Below, one piece after another: positions 19,688 through 30,004 of a stretch of 64,000 bases of DNA (positions within the stretch are counted from its first letter, which is position 1; each line of letters begins with the position of its first letter). The notes beneath the pieces were generated by a model that was not told the origin of the DNA, did no database searches, and was given only the letters and a program-made list of their open reading frames with translations. The stretch is from an uncultured delta proteobacterium. GTDB taxonomy: Bacteria > Desulfobacterota > WTBG01 > CAIYCZ01 > CAIRTM01. A program made the translations under genes and the position numbers. Where the stretch lies: contig CAWDSQ010000001.1 of assembly GCA_963804955.1 (NCBI GenBank), positions 114,905 to 178,904 on the forward strand, in the 5' to 3' direction.

Positions 19688-21876
19688 ATGAAAAAAAGCA
19701 TACAACTTTGCATCATTGCCGCCGCAACACTGGCGAGCCTCCTTGCATGCTTCTTCGCCCCGGCGCCAGCCCCGGCTGAGGAGTCAAGCTGCTTAACCTG
19801 CCACCTGTGCGGTCCCATGCTCGTCAAAAACCGCGGCGTGGCCACGCCCATAGTCTCGGCCATGCAGTCAGGGGCCGGCTGAGGCGGTGCCGTGGCTCAG
19901 TTGGAGCCGCACATAAAAGTGCTTGTTTCCCGGGAGTTTCTTGCCACCGCCCATGGTCAAATCGCGTGCGGAACCTGCCACGGCGGCGACGCTGCCAGCA
20001 TGAGCAAAGCAGCCGCTCACAAGGGGATGGATGCATTTCCCTCCATAACCAATCCGCAGAATACCTGCGGCGCCTGCAAGGACCCGAAAGCGGCACAGCA
20101 CCGTGACATCGCCGCCTCGGCCAAAGATTCCCTGCACGCCAGCCTTGCCACCTTTACCGGGGTGCTCAAGAGCCGCGCGAATATGGAAAAATGGGAAACA
20201 ATCGACGAGGCTCGCAAGAACCACTGCGCCGCCTGTCACACGAGCTGCGGCGGCTGTCATGTGAGCCGTCCCAAATCAGCGCAGAAGGGCTTTATTGCGG
20301 GGCATATCTTTAAAAAGACCCCCGATCAGGTCAATCAGTGCACCGCCTGCCACGGCAGCCGCGTGGGCTATGAATTTTCAGGCCAGCGCGGCAGGGGTGA
20401 TATCCATGCGTCACAAGAGAGTATGACCTGCTCCTCCTGCCACAAGGCAAAAGAGATGCATGCTGCGGCAGCCAAAGACCTGCCGGGCCGCTATCACCTG
20501 CCGGAGGCGGCGCGCTGCGATGATTGTCACAAAGATATGGAGAAAAAGGCCGTGCGGCAGCACGCCGATCATATCGGCAAGGTGCAATGCCAGGTGTGCC
20601 ATTCGCAGACGTATGTCAACTGCTACAGTTGCCATGTGGGCAAAGACAGCCAGAACACGGCCTATTTCCAGAACCGTCTTGAAGTTGAAACCATGAAAAT
20701 CGGGCTCAACTATGACGCTGCAGCTCCGGGCGCCGGCTACCGCTTCATGCTGGTGCGCCACGAGCCGTCGTATCCGGAGATGTTCGATTTCTACGGCAAG
20801 GATCTCTTCACGAACTTCGGCAAGGTGCCCACCTGGAAGCGGACCTCGCCTCACAACATCCAGAAACTCACCTGGCAGGCCGCCAGCTGCAACCACTGCC
20901 ACGCTAATCGCGAGCTGTTCCTTGCAAACGCCGATCTTGCAGACTATGAAATAGGCAGCAAACAAGGCGGTTGTTGTTCCCGACGCCGACATGCCGAAAG
21001 CGGTGCAAGACAGCAGCAAGCTTGACATCGACATATCCCGGGTCAGAACCGGCATGGTGGTTGACGCCCGGTGGCTGCATGACAACAGCAGGCAGAAGGA
21101 TCTGGTCGTCATCGATGCCCGCAGCCGCGCTGCCTACGACAAGGGCCATATCGAAGGCGCCATTTCGCTGGACCCCCTGGTGAGCGGCCTGCGCACCGGC
21201 CCCAAAGCGAAGAACCCCTTCTCGCTTGAAGACCATGCCAAGATTGCCGGCATTTTCGGCAGCAGGGGAATAGCAGCCGAAGATCATATCGTGGTGTATG
21301 ACCAGAACGGCACCATGGCGGCAGGTCTGCTGTCTGTTCTGCAATGGGCCGGCGCTGCCAATGTCTCCTATTTGAACGGCGGCATTGAGGGGTGGCATCT
21401 GGCCGGCTTCCACACGAGCACTGAGCCGTATACCCGTGAAGCGCGCACCTTCGGAGGAACCGTCAGGCCGGAGCTGGTCGTCAGCAGCGCAGAGCTTACC
21501 GGGCTTCTGAAAAAGAACACGGTGGTGCTTATCGATACTCGCGCCATTGATCGGGCCAGGGGACTGACACAACATGAGCTGGCCGGCCGTGCAGGCGCTA
21601 TTGCCGGATCGGTCAATATCCCGCTCGGGGCTTTCTACATGGAAAACGGCTTTTTGAAGCAGCCGGTCCGAGCTGCTGTGGATGCTAGCCACCTATGGCG
21701 TCACGCCGGACAAGACCGTCATCACCACCTGCGACACCGGCATTGCTGCCGCAGATGCCTTTTTCGTCCTTCGGTATCTTGGATTTTCCAACGCCCGGGT
21801 GCATGAAGAAGCCTGGGTGGTGTGGTCTAACACAGTGGATATGACGCCGCTTCAGTGCGGCAGTGGTATTTTTTAG
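19688..21876 (+). CDS. Candidate selenocysteine-containing multiheme cytochrome c fused to tandem rhodanese domains (UGA at 19880-19882; +1 frameshifts near 20955 and 21666)
   Basis: ORFs 19688-19882 and 19892-21025 are in the same frame, separated only by TGA and GGC GGT GCC. There are 10 CxxCH and 1 CxxCK. Removing one G at each of two GG sites joins the rhodanese pieces (IDAR...YDKGHIEGAI; IDTR...GSVNIP; ITTCDTGIAA). Confidence 0.75.
19883..19912 (+). promoter_or_regulatory. Putative bacterial SECIS element
   Basis: Stem GUGGCUC (19892-19898) / GAGCCGC (19904-19910) with loop AGUUG; the loop starts 16 nt after UGA and has G at position 2 followed by U. Confidence 0.65.
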
Positions 21877-21903
21877 TATAGTAATTGATGTGTGCGTAAT
21901 AAG

Positions 21904-22001
21904 TCGTCACCCCCGGTGAAAACCGGGGCACAGGGTAGGGGCACGAAGCATCGTGCCCCCCACATAAGAATCCTGGATACCGGCTTTCGCCGGTATGACG
22001 A
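21904..22001. repeat. CGTC-type REP doublet with a nested GTAG-type REP
   Basis: TCGTCACCCCCGGTGAAAACCGGGG...CTGGATACCGGCTTTCGCCGGTATGACGA encloses GTAGGGGCACGAAGCATCGTGCCCCC (starts 21935). Confidence 0.65.
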
Positions 22002-22139
22002 ATTCGTTGAACTTTCGATTTTTTACGAGAGGGTCTTAAGTAATTGCAGTTGTAAGAATATGGATTCAATTATATAAACATATACATAATGTTACACCAA
22101 TGCTCACTTGGGGAAAAGAATACTTTTCAGGAGATACCG

Positions 22140-23328
22140 ATGAAAACGAGCGTCGCAAAGACCGTGAGGACCACCCCTTTAAAATTATTACCCTTTTTCC
22201 TGATCGCAAGCCTGTTTACTAGTGCTTCCTTCGGGGTGCTCGAAAGAGCAGAAGGCGCCGGCCCTGCCGCCGCCGGACGTTGAGGTTATCGATGTGGTGC
22301 AGAAAGATGTGCCCATCCAGTCCGAGTGGATCGGCACGATCGACGGCATGGTGAACGCCACTATCAGGGCGCAGGTATCGGGCTATCTCATCAAGCAGAA
22401 TTACAAGGAAGGCTCGCTGGTAAAAAAAGATGATGTGCTGTTTGAAATAGACCCCCGGCCGTTTCAGGCTGCCTTTGACCAGGCGCAGGCCGAGCTTGCG
22501 CAGCGGCAGGCCCTCTGGGGCACGTCAAAGGCCAATCTTGCGCGCATCCGGCCTCTGGCAAAGAAAAATGCCGTGAGCCAGAAAGACCTCGACGATGCCG
22601 TGGGCGCTGAGCAGTCGCTGCAGGCCGGCGTTCTTGCGGCCAAAGCAGCTTTCGAAAAAGCGGCGCTTGATCTTGAATTTACAAAAATAAAATCACCCAT
22701 CGACGGCATTGCAGGCCTTGCCGCCGCACAGATCGGCAACCTCGTGGGGCCGCAAACCGCCGACCTCACCACGGTTTCCACGGTTGACCCGGTGAAGGTC
22801 TATGTGGCGATCAGCGAGCAGGAATACATGCGGTTCATGCAGGATAGCGCCCCGCACAGAACCCCTGGCGCTGGACCTTGTGCTGTGCCGACGGCAGCCT
22901 GTTTCCGCATAAGGGGAAAGTCGCTTTTGCCGACCGGCAGGTTGATGTGAAGACCGGGTCGATTCGCGTTGCCACCGAGTTTCCCAATCCCGGCAATGTG
23001 CTGCGGCCGGGCCAGTATGCGAAGGTCAGGGCGTCCGTCAAAACGCGCACCGGCGCGCTGCTGGTGCCGCAGCGGGCGGTTGCCGACATGCAGGGCAGCT
23101 ATCAGCTGGCCGTCGTCGGCAAGGACAATAAGGTGAGCGTGCGTCGCCGTGAAGGTGGCCGAGCGCATCGGCTCGCTCTGGATCATCAGCGAAGGCCTGC
23201 AGCCCGGCGACCGCGTGATCGTGGAAGGCATTCAGAAGGTCAAGGACGGCATGACGGTTGTGCCGAAACTTTCAGGCGACAGCCCTGCACCAGCGCCGGC
23301 GCCTGCGCCGGCACCCGACAAGAGGTAG
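22140..23328 (+). CDS. RND efflux periplasmic adaptor (membrane fusion protein), at least three frameshifts
   Basis: PSGC lipobox-like motif, IRAQVSGYL, LFEIDPRPFQA, IKSPIDGIAG, FPNPGNVLRPGQY and GLQPGDRVIVEG in successive frames. Confidence 0.85.
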
Positions 23329-23334
23329 CCAGCC

Positions 23335-26300
23335 ATGTCAAAATTCTTCATCAATCGCCCTATTGTGGCCATGGTTATCTCGATCTTCATGGTCATCCTC
23401 GGCGCTGTGGCCATGTCGGGACTTCCCATCGCCCAGTTTCCCAACATTGTTCCGCCGGCTATCCAGGTGAATGCCGTCTACACCGGCGCCGACGCCGTCA
23501 CCGTGGAGCAGTCGGTGGCTACCCCGATCGAGCAGCAGATGTCCGGCGTTGACAATCTGGACTACATGTACTCCGTCAATGCCAACGACGGTTCCATGAC
23601 CCTCTATAACTACTTCGAACTGGGGACCAACGCCAACACCGACCAGATCCTCTCCCAGATGCGCCAGAACCAGGCGTCATCGCAACTGCCGGCCGATGTC
23701 AACAACTACGGTGTTACGGTGGCGAAATCGACCTCGGCGCCGTACCTCATGTTCGCTCTCTCTTCTCCCAACAACACCTACGACAACGTCTTTCTGGCCA
23801 ACTACTCCTACATCAACATCAACGACCAGATGACCCGCATCAAGGGGGTCGCCAGCGTCTCGGTCTTCGGCGCCGGCCAGTACGCCATGCGGTATCTGGG
23901 TCCGGCCGGACCAGCTTGCCAAGCTCAACATCACCATCCCGGAGATCATGAACGCGGTCAAGGCCCAGAATACCGTCAACCCGGCCGGACAGGTCGGGAG
24001 CCAGCCGGTGCCGAAGGGGCAGGAGTTCACCTACACGGTTCGCGCCCAGGGGCGTCTGCAGAGCGAGGCCGAGTTCGGCAATATCGTGCTGCGGGCCAAT
24101 CCGGACGGTTCCATCGTGCGGGTGAAGGACGTGGCCCGCATCGAGCTTGGGGCACAGAACTACAAACAGGAAGGGCGCCTCAACGGCAAGCCCTGCGCCC
24201 TGGTCGCCCTGTACCAGATGCCGGGAACCAACGCCATGGAATCGGCCAACGGCGCCAAGAAACTGATGGATGGAGTTGAAGAAGAGCTTCCCGCCTGACC
24301 TGGACTACACGGTGGCGCTGGACACCACCCTGGCGGTCTCCGAAGGGATAAAGGAAATCAAGAGCACCTTCTTCGAGGCGCTGATTCTGGTCATCCTGGT
24401 GGTCTTTATCTTCCTCCAGGGGTGGCGGGCCACGCTGATCCCGCTCCTGGCGGTGCCGGTGTCGCTGGTGGGAACCTTCGCGCTCTTCCCGCTGCTCGGC
24501 TTTTCCATCAACACCCTCTCGCTTTTCGGGATGGTCCTTGCCATCGGCCTGGTCGTGGATGACGCCATTGTCGTGGTCGAGGCGGTGGAGCATCATATCG
24601 AAAAAGGCCTGAGCCCGAAGGATGCCACGTTCAAGGCCATGGAGGAGGTGTCCGGCCCGGTCATCGCCATCGCCATCATCCTGGCGGCGGTCTTCGTGCC
24701 GACGGCCTTCATCCCCGGCATTACCGGCCAGCTTTACCAGCAGTTCGCCGTGACCATCGCCGTCTCGGTCATCATTTCGGCCTTCAACGCCCTCACCCTT
24801 TCTCCGGCGCTCTGTGCACTGCTGCTGAAGCCGAAGGTCAAGGGAACCGGCCCGCTGCAGAAGTTCTACGACTGGTTCAACCGGGTCTTCGGCCGGGCCA
24901 CCGACGGCTACGTGTCAATCTGCGGCGCCGCCATCAGGAAAAGCAAGACCAGTCTGCTCCTGCTGCTCGGGGTGACCGTCCTGGCCGGGGTAGCGGGTAA
25001 GAGCCATTCCGACCGGCTTCCTCCCCGACGAGGACCAGGGCTTTATCTTCGCCAATATCCAGCTCCCCAATTCCGCTTCGCTGCAGCGGACCAGTGAAGT
25101 GGCCCGTCAGGCCGAAGAGATCATCATGAAAACCCCGGGCGTCCAGTACTGTTCGACGATTCTCGGCTACAGCCTGCTGAGCCAGGTCAGCTAACACCTA
25201 CAGCGCCTTTTTCTTCATCTCCCTGAAAGAGTGGAAGGAGCGGAAAGCTCCGGAAGAGCAGTACGAGGCGATCAAGGCCTCCCTGACGAAAAAGATGGGC
25301 GGGCTGCCGGGCGCCATCGGCTTCCCGTTCCCGCCACCGGCCATCATGGGGATCGGCACCTCGGGCGGGGCCACCTTCATGCTGCAGGACAAGGCCGGCA
25401 AGGATGTCGCCTTCCTGGCCGAGAACACGCAGAAATTCATCGAAGCGGCCAGGAAAAGGCCTGAACTGGCCCGGGTCACCACCACCTTCATCCCCACCGT
25501 GCCGCAGCTGTTCGTGGATGTGGACCGGGACAAGGTGCTGAAGCAGGGGGTTGAGATCAGCGACGTCTACAAGGTCCTGCAGAGCTTCATGGGGAGCGGT
25601 TTCATCAACTACTTCAACAAATTCGGCCGCCAGTGGCAGACCTATATCCAGGCCGAGGGGGACTACCGGACCAATATCGAGAATATCGGCCAGTTCTATG
25701 TGCGCAACAAGGACGGGCAATCAGTGCCCCTCTCGGCGCTGACTTCGGTTCGCAGCATCACCGGCCCGGAATTCACCATGCGCTTCAACCTCTACCGCTC
25801 GGCCCAGATCAACGCCACCGCGGCCCCCGGCTTCAGTTCGGCCCAGGCCATGAAGGCGCTGGAAGAGACCTTTGCCCAGACCATGCCGCGGGAGATGGGG
25901 TACGACTACAGCGGCATGTCGTTCCAGGAGAAGAAGGCCCAGAAGGGGGTCTCGCCGATGGCGATCTTCGCCTTCTCGTTCCTGTGCGTCTTCCTGATCC
26001 TGGCGGCCCAGTACGAAAGCTGGTCGCTGCCGTTCTCGGTCCTGCTGGGAACGCCGGTGGCCGTGGCCGGAGCCTTCGCCGGCCTGCTCTTCGGAAAATT
26101 CGAGAACAACATCTACGCCCAGATCGGTCTGGTCATGCTGATCGGCCTGGCGGCCAAGAACGCCATCCTCATCGTCGAATTCGCCAAGATGGAGTATGAG
26201 AAGGGCAAACCGCTGGTGGAAGCGACCCTGGAGGGCGCCAGGCTGCGCTTGCGGCCGATCCTGATGACCTCCTTCGCCTTCATCCTCGGCTGCGTGCCGC

Positions 26301-26476
26301 TGGCCATCGCCAGCGGGGCCGGCGCCATCTCGCGGCAGGTCATGGGGTACACCGTCATCTTCGGGATGCTGGCCGCCTCCTTCATCGCCATCTTCCTGAT
26401 ACCGGTTACCTATTATGTCGTGGAGAAGCTGTCTCACGGTGGCGCAAAGGCAAAAACAGAAGCGGAGGTAGTGTAA
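23335..26476 (+). CDS. HAE1-family multidrug efflux RND permease (AcrB/MexB-like), about four frameshifts
   Basis: MSKFFINRPIVA, GLVVDDAIVVVE, ALTLSPALCA, GLAAKNAILIVEFA and RLRPILMTS motifs. Confidence 0.9.
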
Positions 26477-26477
26477 T

Positions 26478-28058
26478 ATGCTGAGACGAATGTTATATTT
26501 GCTTCGAGGTCACTATCTCGCGGCTTTCTGCGCATCCCGTCATTCCGGCGAAAGCCGGAATCCAGAAAACAAGCTGTCTGGATGCCGGATCAAGTCCGGC
26601 ATGACGAAACAGCTTCAATTCCTCGGAGCTTTTGGCGGTGCGATCTGTTTGGTTATTGTTGTTTCCGGCTGCGCCATCGGCCCTGATTATTTGCGGCCGA
26701 AGGTTGATGTGCCGCAGGCATGGATTACCAAAGATGGCGTTTCACCGGATGTTATCAATACGGCCTGGTGGAAGCAGTTTCAGGACCCCGTGCTTGACGG
26801 ACTCATCGAGACCGCGCTGCGCGAAAACAAAGACCTGCTCATCGCGGCGGCCCGGGTTGAAGAGTTCCTGGGGCTCTATGCCGAAACGCGCTCAGCCCTG
26901 TTTCCGCAGATCGGCGCAGGCGCAGCAGGCGGCAGGCAGCGGGTGACGAAAGAAACCCCCAATGACCTTTCCCCCGGTACGCGCACGGCCTTTAATAACT
27001 ATACCGCCATACTCAATGCCAGCTGGGAGCTTGATATCTGGGGCCGCATCCGCCGCTCCACCGAAGCGGCGCGGGCCGATCTTGTGGCCACAGAGGAGGG
27101 CAGGAGAACGGTTGTTTTGAGCCTTGTCGCGGCAGTGGCAACCACCTATATCGATCTGCGCTCCCTTGACCGGCAGCTTGAAATAGCCATCGACACCGCA
27201 GCCTCCCGCAAGGCAAGCTATGAGCTTTTCCAAATGCGCTTTCAGGGCGGCATCATATCGGACCTGCAGCTCTCGCAGGTGCTGTCGCAGTATGAAGAAT
27301 CCCTGGCGGTTATTCCCTCTATCGAAAAAAGCATAGCTTTCACCGAGCATAGCCTGAGCCTGCTTCTCGGTCGCAATCCCGGGGCCATTACCCGGGGCCG
27401 GACAATAGCCAAGCTTGCGCTGCCTGAGGTTCCCGAAGGCCTTCCTTCAACGCTTCTCGAACGGCGGCCTGATATCCTGCAGGCCGAGCAGAACCTCGTT
27501 GCAGCAAATGCCCGCATCGGCGTTGCCCGTTCACTGTATTTTCCGACCATATCGCTGACAGGGTACCGGGGGTCTGAAAGCTCCCATCTGTCTGACCTGT
27601 TTTCCGGGCCTGCGCGTATCTGGAGCTATGCAGGGCAGGCGACCATGCCCATTTTTACCGCCGGCAGGATCGCAGGGATTGTGCGGGCTTCGGAAGCCGT
27701 GCGGCAGCAGGCGCTTTTGCAGTATGAGCAGGCGATCCAAAACGCCTTTCGCGATGTTGAAGACAGCCTTATCGACCGCATGAAATCAGGCGAGCGCCTT
27801 GATGCGCAGGCTCGCCAGCTTGATGCGCTGCGCACCTATGCCCGCGTTGCCCGCGAGCGCTTTGATGAAGGCTATACCAGCTATATTGAAGTGCTTGACG
27901 CCGAGCGGTCGTTGTTTAATGTGGAGCTTGACTATACGCAAACGCAGGCCGTGCTGCTCACATCACTGGTCAATATGTACAAAGCCATGGGCGGCGGATG
28001 GGTCAGTGAGGCTGACAGCATGACGGCAGCAGGATCTGCGGAGGGCGATAAAAAATAA
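26478..28058 (+). CDS. NodT/OprM-family outer-membrane efflux lipoprotein (start may be ATG 26601)
   Basis: VSGCAIGPDY.RP lipobox, WWKQFQDPVL, SWELDIWGRIRR, LLERRPDI and YKAMGGGW. Confidence 0.9.
   Translation: MLRRMLYLLRGHYLAAFCASRHSGESRNPENKLSGCRIKSGMTKQLQFLGAFGGAICLVIVVSGCAIGPDYLRPKVDVPQAWITKDGVSPDVINTAWWKQFQDPVLDGLIETALRENKDLLIAAARVEEFLGLYAETRSALFPQIGAGAAGGRQRVTKETPNDLSPGTRTAFNNYTAILNASWELDIWGRIRRSTEAARADLVATEEGRRTVVLSLVAAVATTYIDLRSLDRQLEIAIDTAASRKASYELFQMRFQGGIISDLQLSQVLSQYEESLAVIPSIEKSIAFTEHSLSLLLGRNPGAITRGRTIAKLALPEVPEGLPSTLLERRPDILQAEQNLVAANARIGVARSLYFPTISLTGYRGSESSHLSDLFSGPARIWSYAGQATMPIFTAGRIAGIVRASEAVRQQALLQYEQAIQNAFRDVEDSLIDRMKSGERLDAQARQLDALRTYARVARERFDEGYTSYIEVLDAERSLFNVELDYTQTQAVLLTSLVNMYKAMGGGWVSEADSMTAAGSAEGDKK
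26538..26606. repeat. 69-bp CGTC-type REP doublet within the 5' end of the OM efflux gene
   Basis: CGTCATTCCGGCGAAAGCCGGAATCCAG...CTGGATGCCGGATCAAGTCCGGCATGACG. Confidence 0.75.
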
Positions 28059-28229
28059 AGCGCCTGGAACAATCAAAACAGATTTTTCAGCCAGCGGCCT
28101 CGCAGGCACTATAAGACCCCTTTTCTATGGGTAGTTCCAAGGTCTGCTGTGCCGCGGGAGACTGTTTAGCTTCTGGCGGGGTAGCTAAACGATGCCCGGC
28201 TATAAACACCTGTGGAAAGGAAAACAGCA

Positions 28230-28586
28230 ATGGCTTGTGAAATTACACGAATCGATGGCGAAGTCATTTGTATCAGACTCACGGGCATCATGAAATCAAC
28301 CGACCAGCAGTCAATGCAGGATGCCGGCAAAAAGCTGATCGACCAGGGCATCAAGCCGAGGCTTCTGGTCACCTTTCATGCTTTTGAGGGCTGGGAGAAG
28401 GGCGCTGACTGGGGCGATGTCGGATTTATGCTGACTGCAGGCAAAAACATCACCAAAATAGCCCTTGTTGGCGATGAGCAATGGAAGGATGATGCCTTTG
28501 CCTTTGTCGGCAAGGGGCTCAGGCCGACGGAGATCGAGTTTTTTGCCCCCGCGGCAAAGGACGCCGAGACATGGGTGCGGTCATAA
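28230..28586 (+). CDS. SpoIIAA-like (STAS/SEC14) domain protein
   Basis: FEGWE...W.D, KIALVGDEQW, EIEFF and AETWV motifs. Confidence 0.75.
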   Translation: MACEITRIDGEVICIRLTGIMKSTDQQSMQDAGKKLIDQGIKPRLLVTFHAFEGWEKGADWGDVGFMLTAGKNITKIALVGDEQWKDDAFAFVGKGLRPTEIEFFAPAAKDAETWVRS

Positions 28587-28634
28587 ACACAATTTAAAGC
28601 CTAAAAAAATGCTAAAATTCTTGAGGAGAGAAAA

Positions 28635-29872
28635 ATGAGCAAAGAGGCAATTGCGTATAATTGTTTTGCTGTACATGGCGCTGCATGTTTCGGCCTTGAG
28701 CGCCAGGGCTCAGCTTCCTGAGTATCAGCAGCCGCCGATCATGCTGAAGAGCGCGGATTTCTGCCGCGACGCTCCTGAAGGGGTTTGGCAGGATTGCCGG
28801 CCGAGCGGAAAACGACGGACTGGTGAACAGGTATCTCGTCACCTGTTCCGACGGCGCGCCAGCATAGAAAGCACGGAGGCTGTGCTGATCTATCCAGGAG
28901 CGGGAGGCGCTGAACAATATAGAGAAGATCTCTAAAACCGACGAGTTTAAAGAGGCGTTTAAAAAAGCCGGCCTGGGGCCCTATCACACAGCCAAGGGCC
29001 TGGTGACCGAGCCTGTGGATACGGTGAAAAAAATCGGCACCGGCATAGGCCGCTGGTTCAGTGATGTGGGCAGCTCGATTGCCAGCAAGGACCCGAATCA
29101 ACCCGGTGTCGCCAAGACGGCGCTGGGGCAGGCTGCGGCAAAGCGCATGTTCGCGTACCGGCTCAACGTGAACCCCTATACGGACAACAGGCAGCTGCAG
29201 GACAAGCTCGACAGCCTGGCTTGGGTGGCTTTTTCCGGTGGTTTGACGGTGAAAGTCGCTTTTGCCGCCATTCCCAATGTGCCGGGCACGGTGATAAGCT
29301 TTTCAAGCACCTCTGATTCTATGAAACAAAAGGTGCGCGATAAGTCGCCTGCCGAGCTGCATGACAGTAACAAAAAAGCCCTGCAGAATATGGGGATAAC
29401 GCCGCAACTGGCTGATGAATTCCTCAATAATTATGTGTTTGACCCCTATGAAAAGACTTTGATCACCGGGGCGCTTGAGAGCATGCCGGGGGTGGAGAAC
29501 CGCGCTTTTTTTATATGGAATACAATAGGCATCACCGATCCGTCGGTGTCCCTTTTTGTGCGTTTGCAGGTTGAATATATGGCCGCCTATGCTGCACGCC
29601 ATACTGATATGGTCTCCCTGGTCGATGTCTGCGGCAAAACATTTTTTAAAAGTAAAGACAATATCGTAGTGGGCATTTTCCCGCTTGATTATGTCGCCTG
29701 GACGCAGAATCTTGATGAAAAGGAGCGCATGATTTCCCGTGCCATCGGCACGATACAAGGCGTTACGGGTAAAAAGCTCATAGTCTACGGTACCATCGAC
29801 CCGCAGGCGCGTCAGGTGCTGGAGCAGCGCGGCTGGAGCATTATGGAAGAGAAGCCGACCGGTGCACTGTAG
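28635..29872 (+). CDS. Exported hypothetical protein (several frameshifts in the 5' third)
   Basis: GAGGAG RBS at about 28623; signal-peptide-like segment in the 28651 frame; clean 289-aa C-terminal ORF 29003-29872. Confidence 0.55.
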
Positions 29873-30004
29873 CACGTGAACGCTCATCCGGCAAAAGCAG
29901 TGCGCCGGAAGGGGATAATAACCCCCGCTCCTTCCTTTGAAGAAACCCTCTAAAAAGGTTTCTAAAAAAGCTTCGCCTCTTTTTTTACATGCCAGGGGAC
30001 AGCC

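Noticed and set aside
20940..20970. Programmed ribosomal frameshift between the cytochrome and rhodanese parts
   Set aside because: No slippery heptamer; it looks like the many other single-base insertions in the window.
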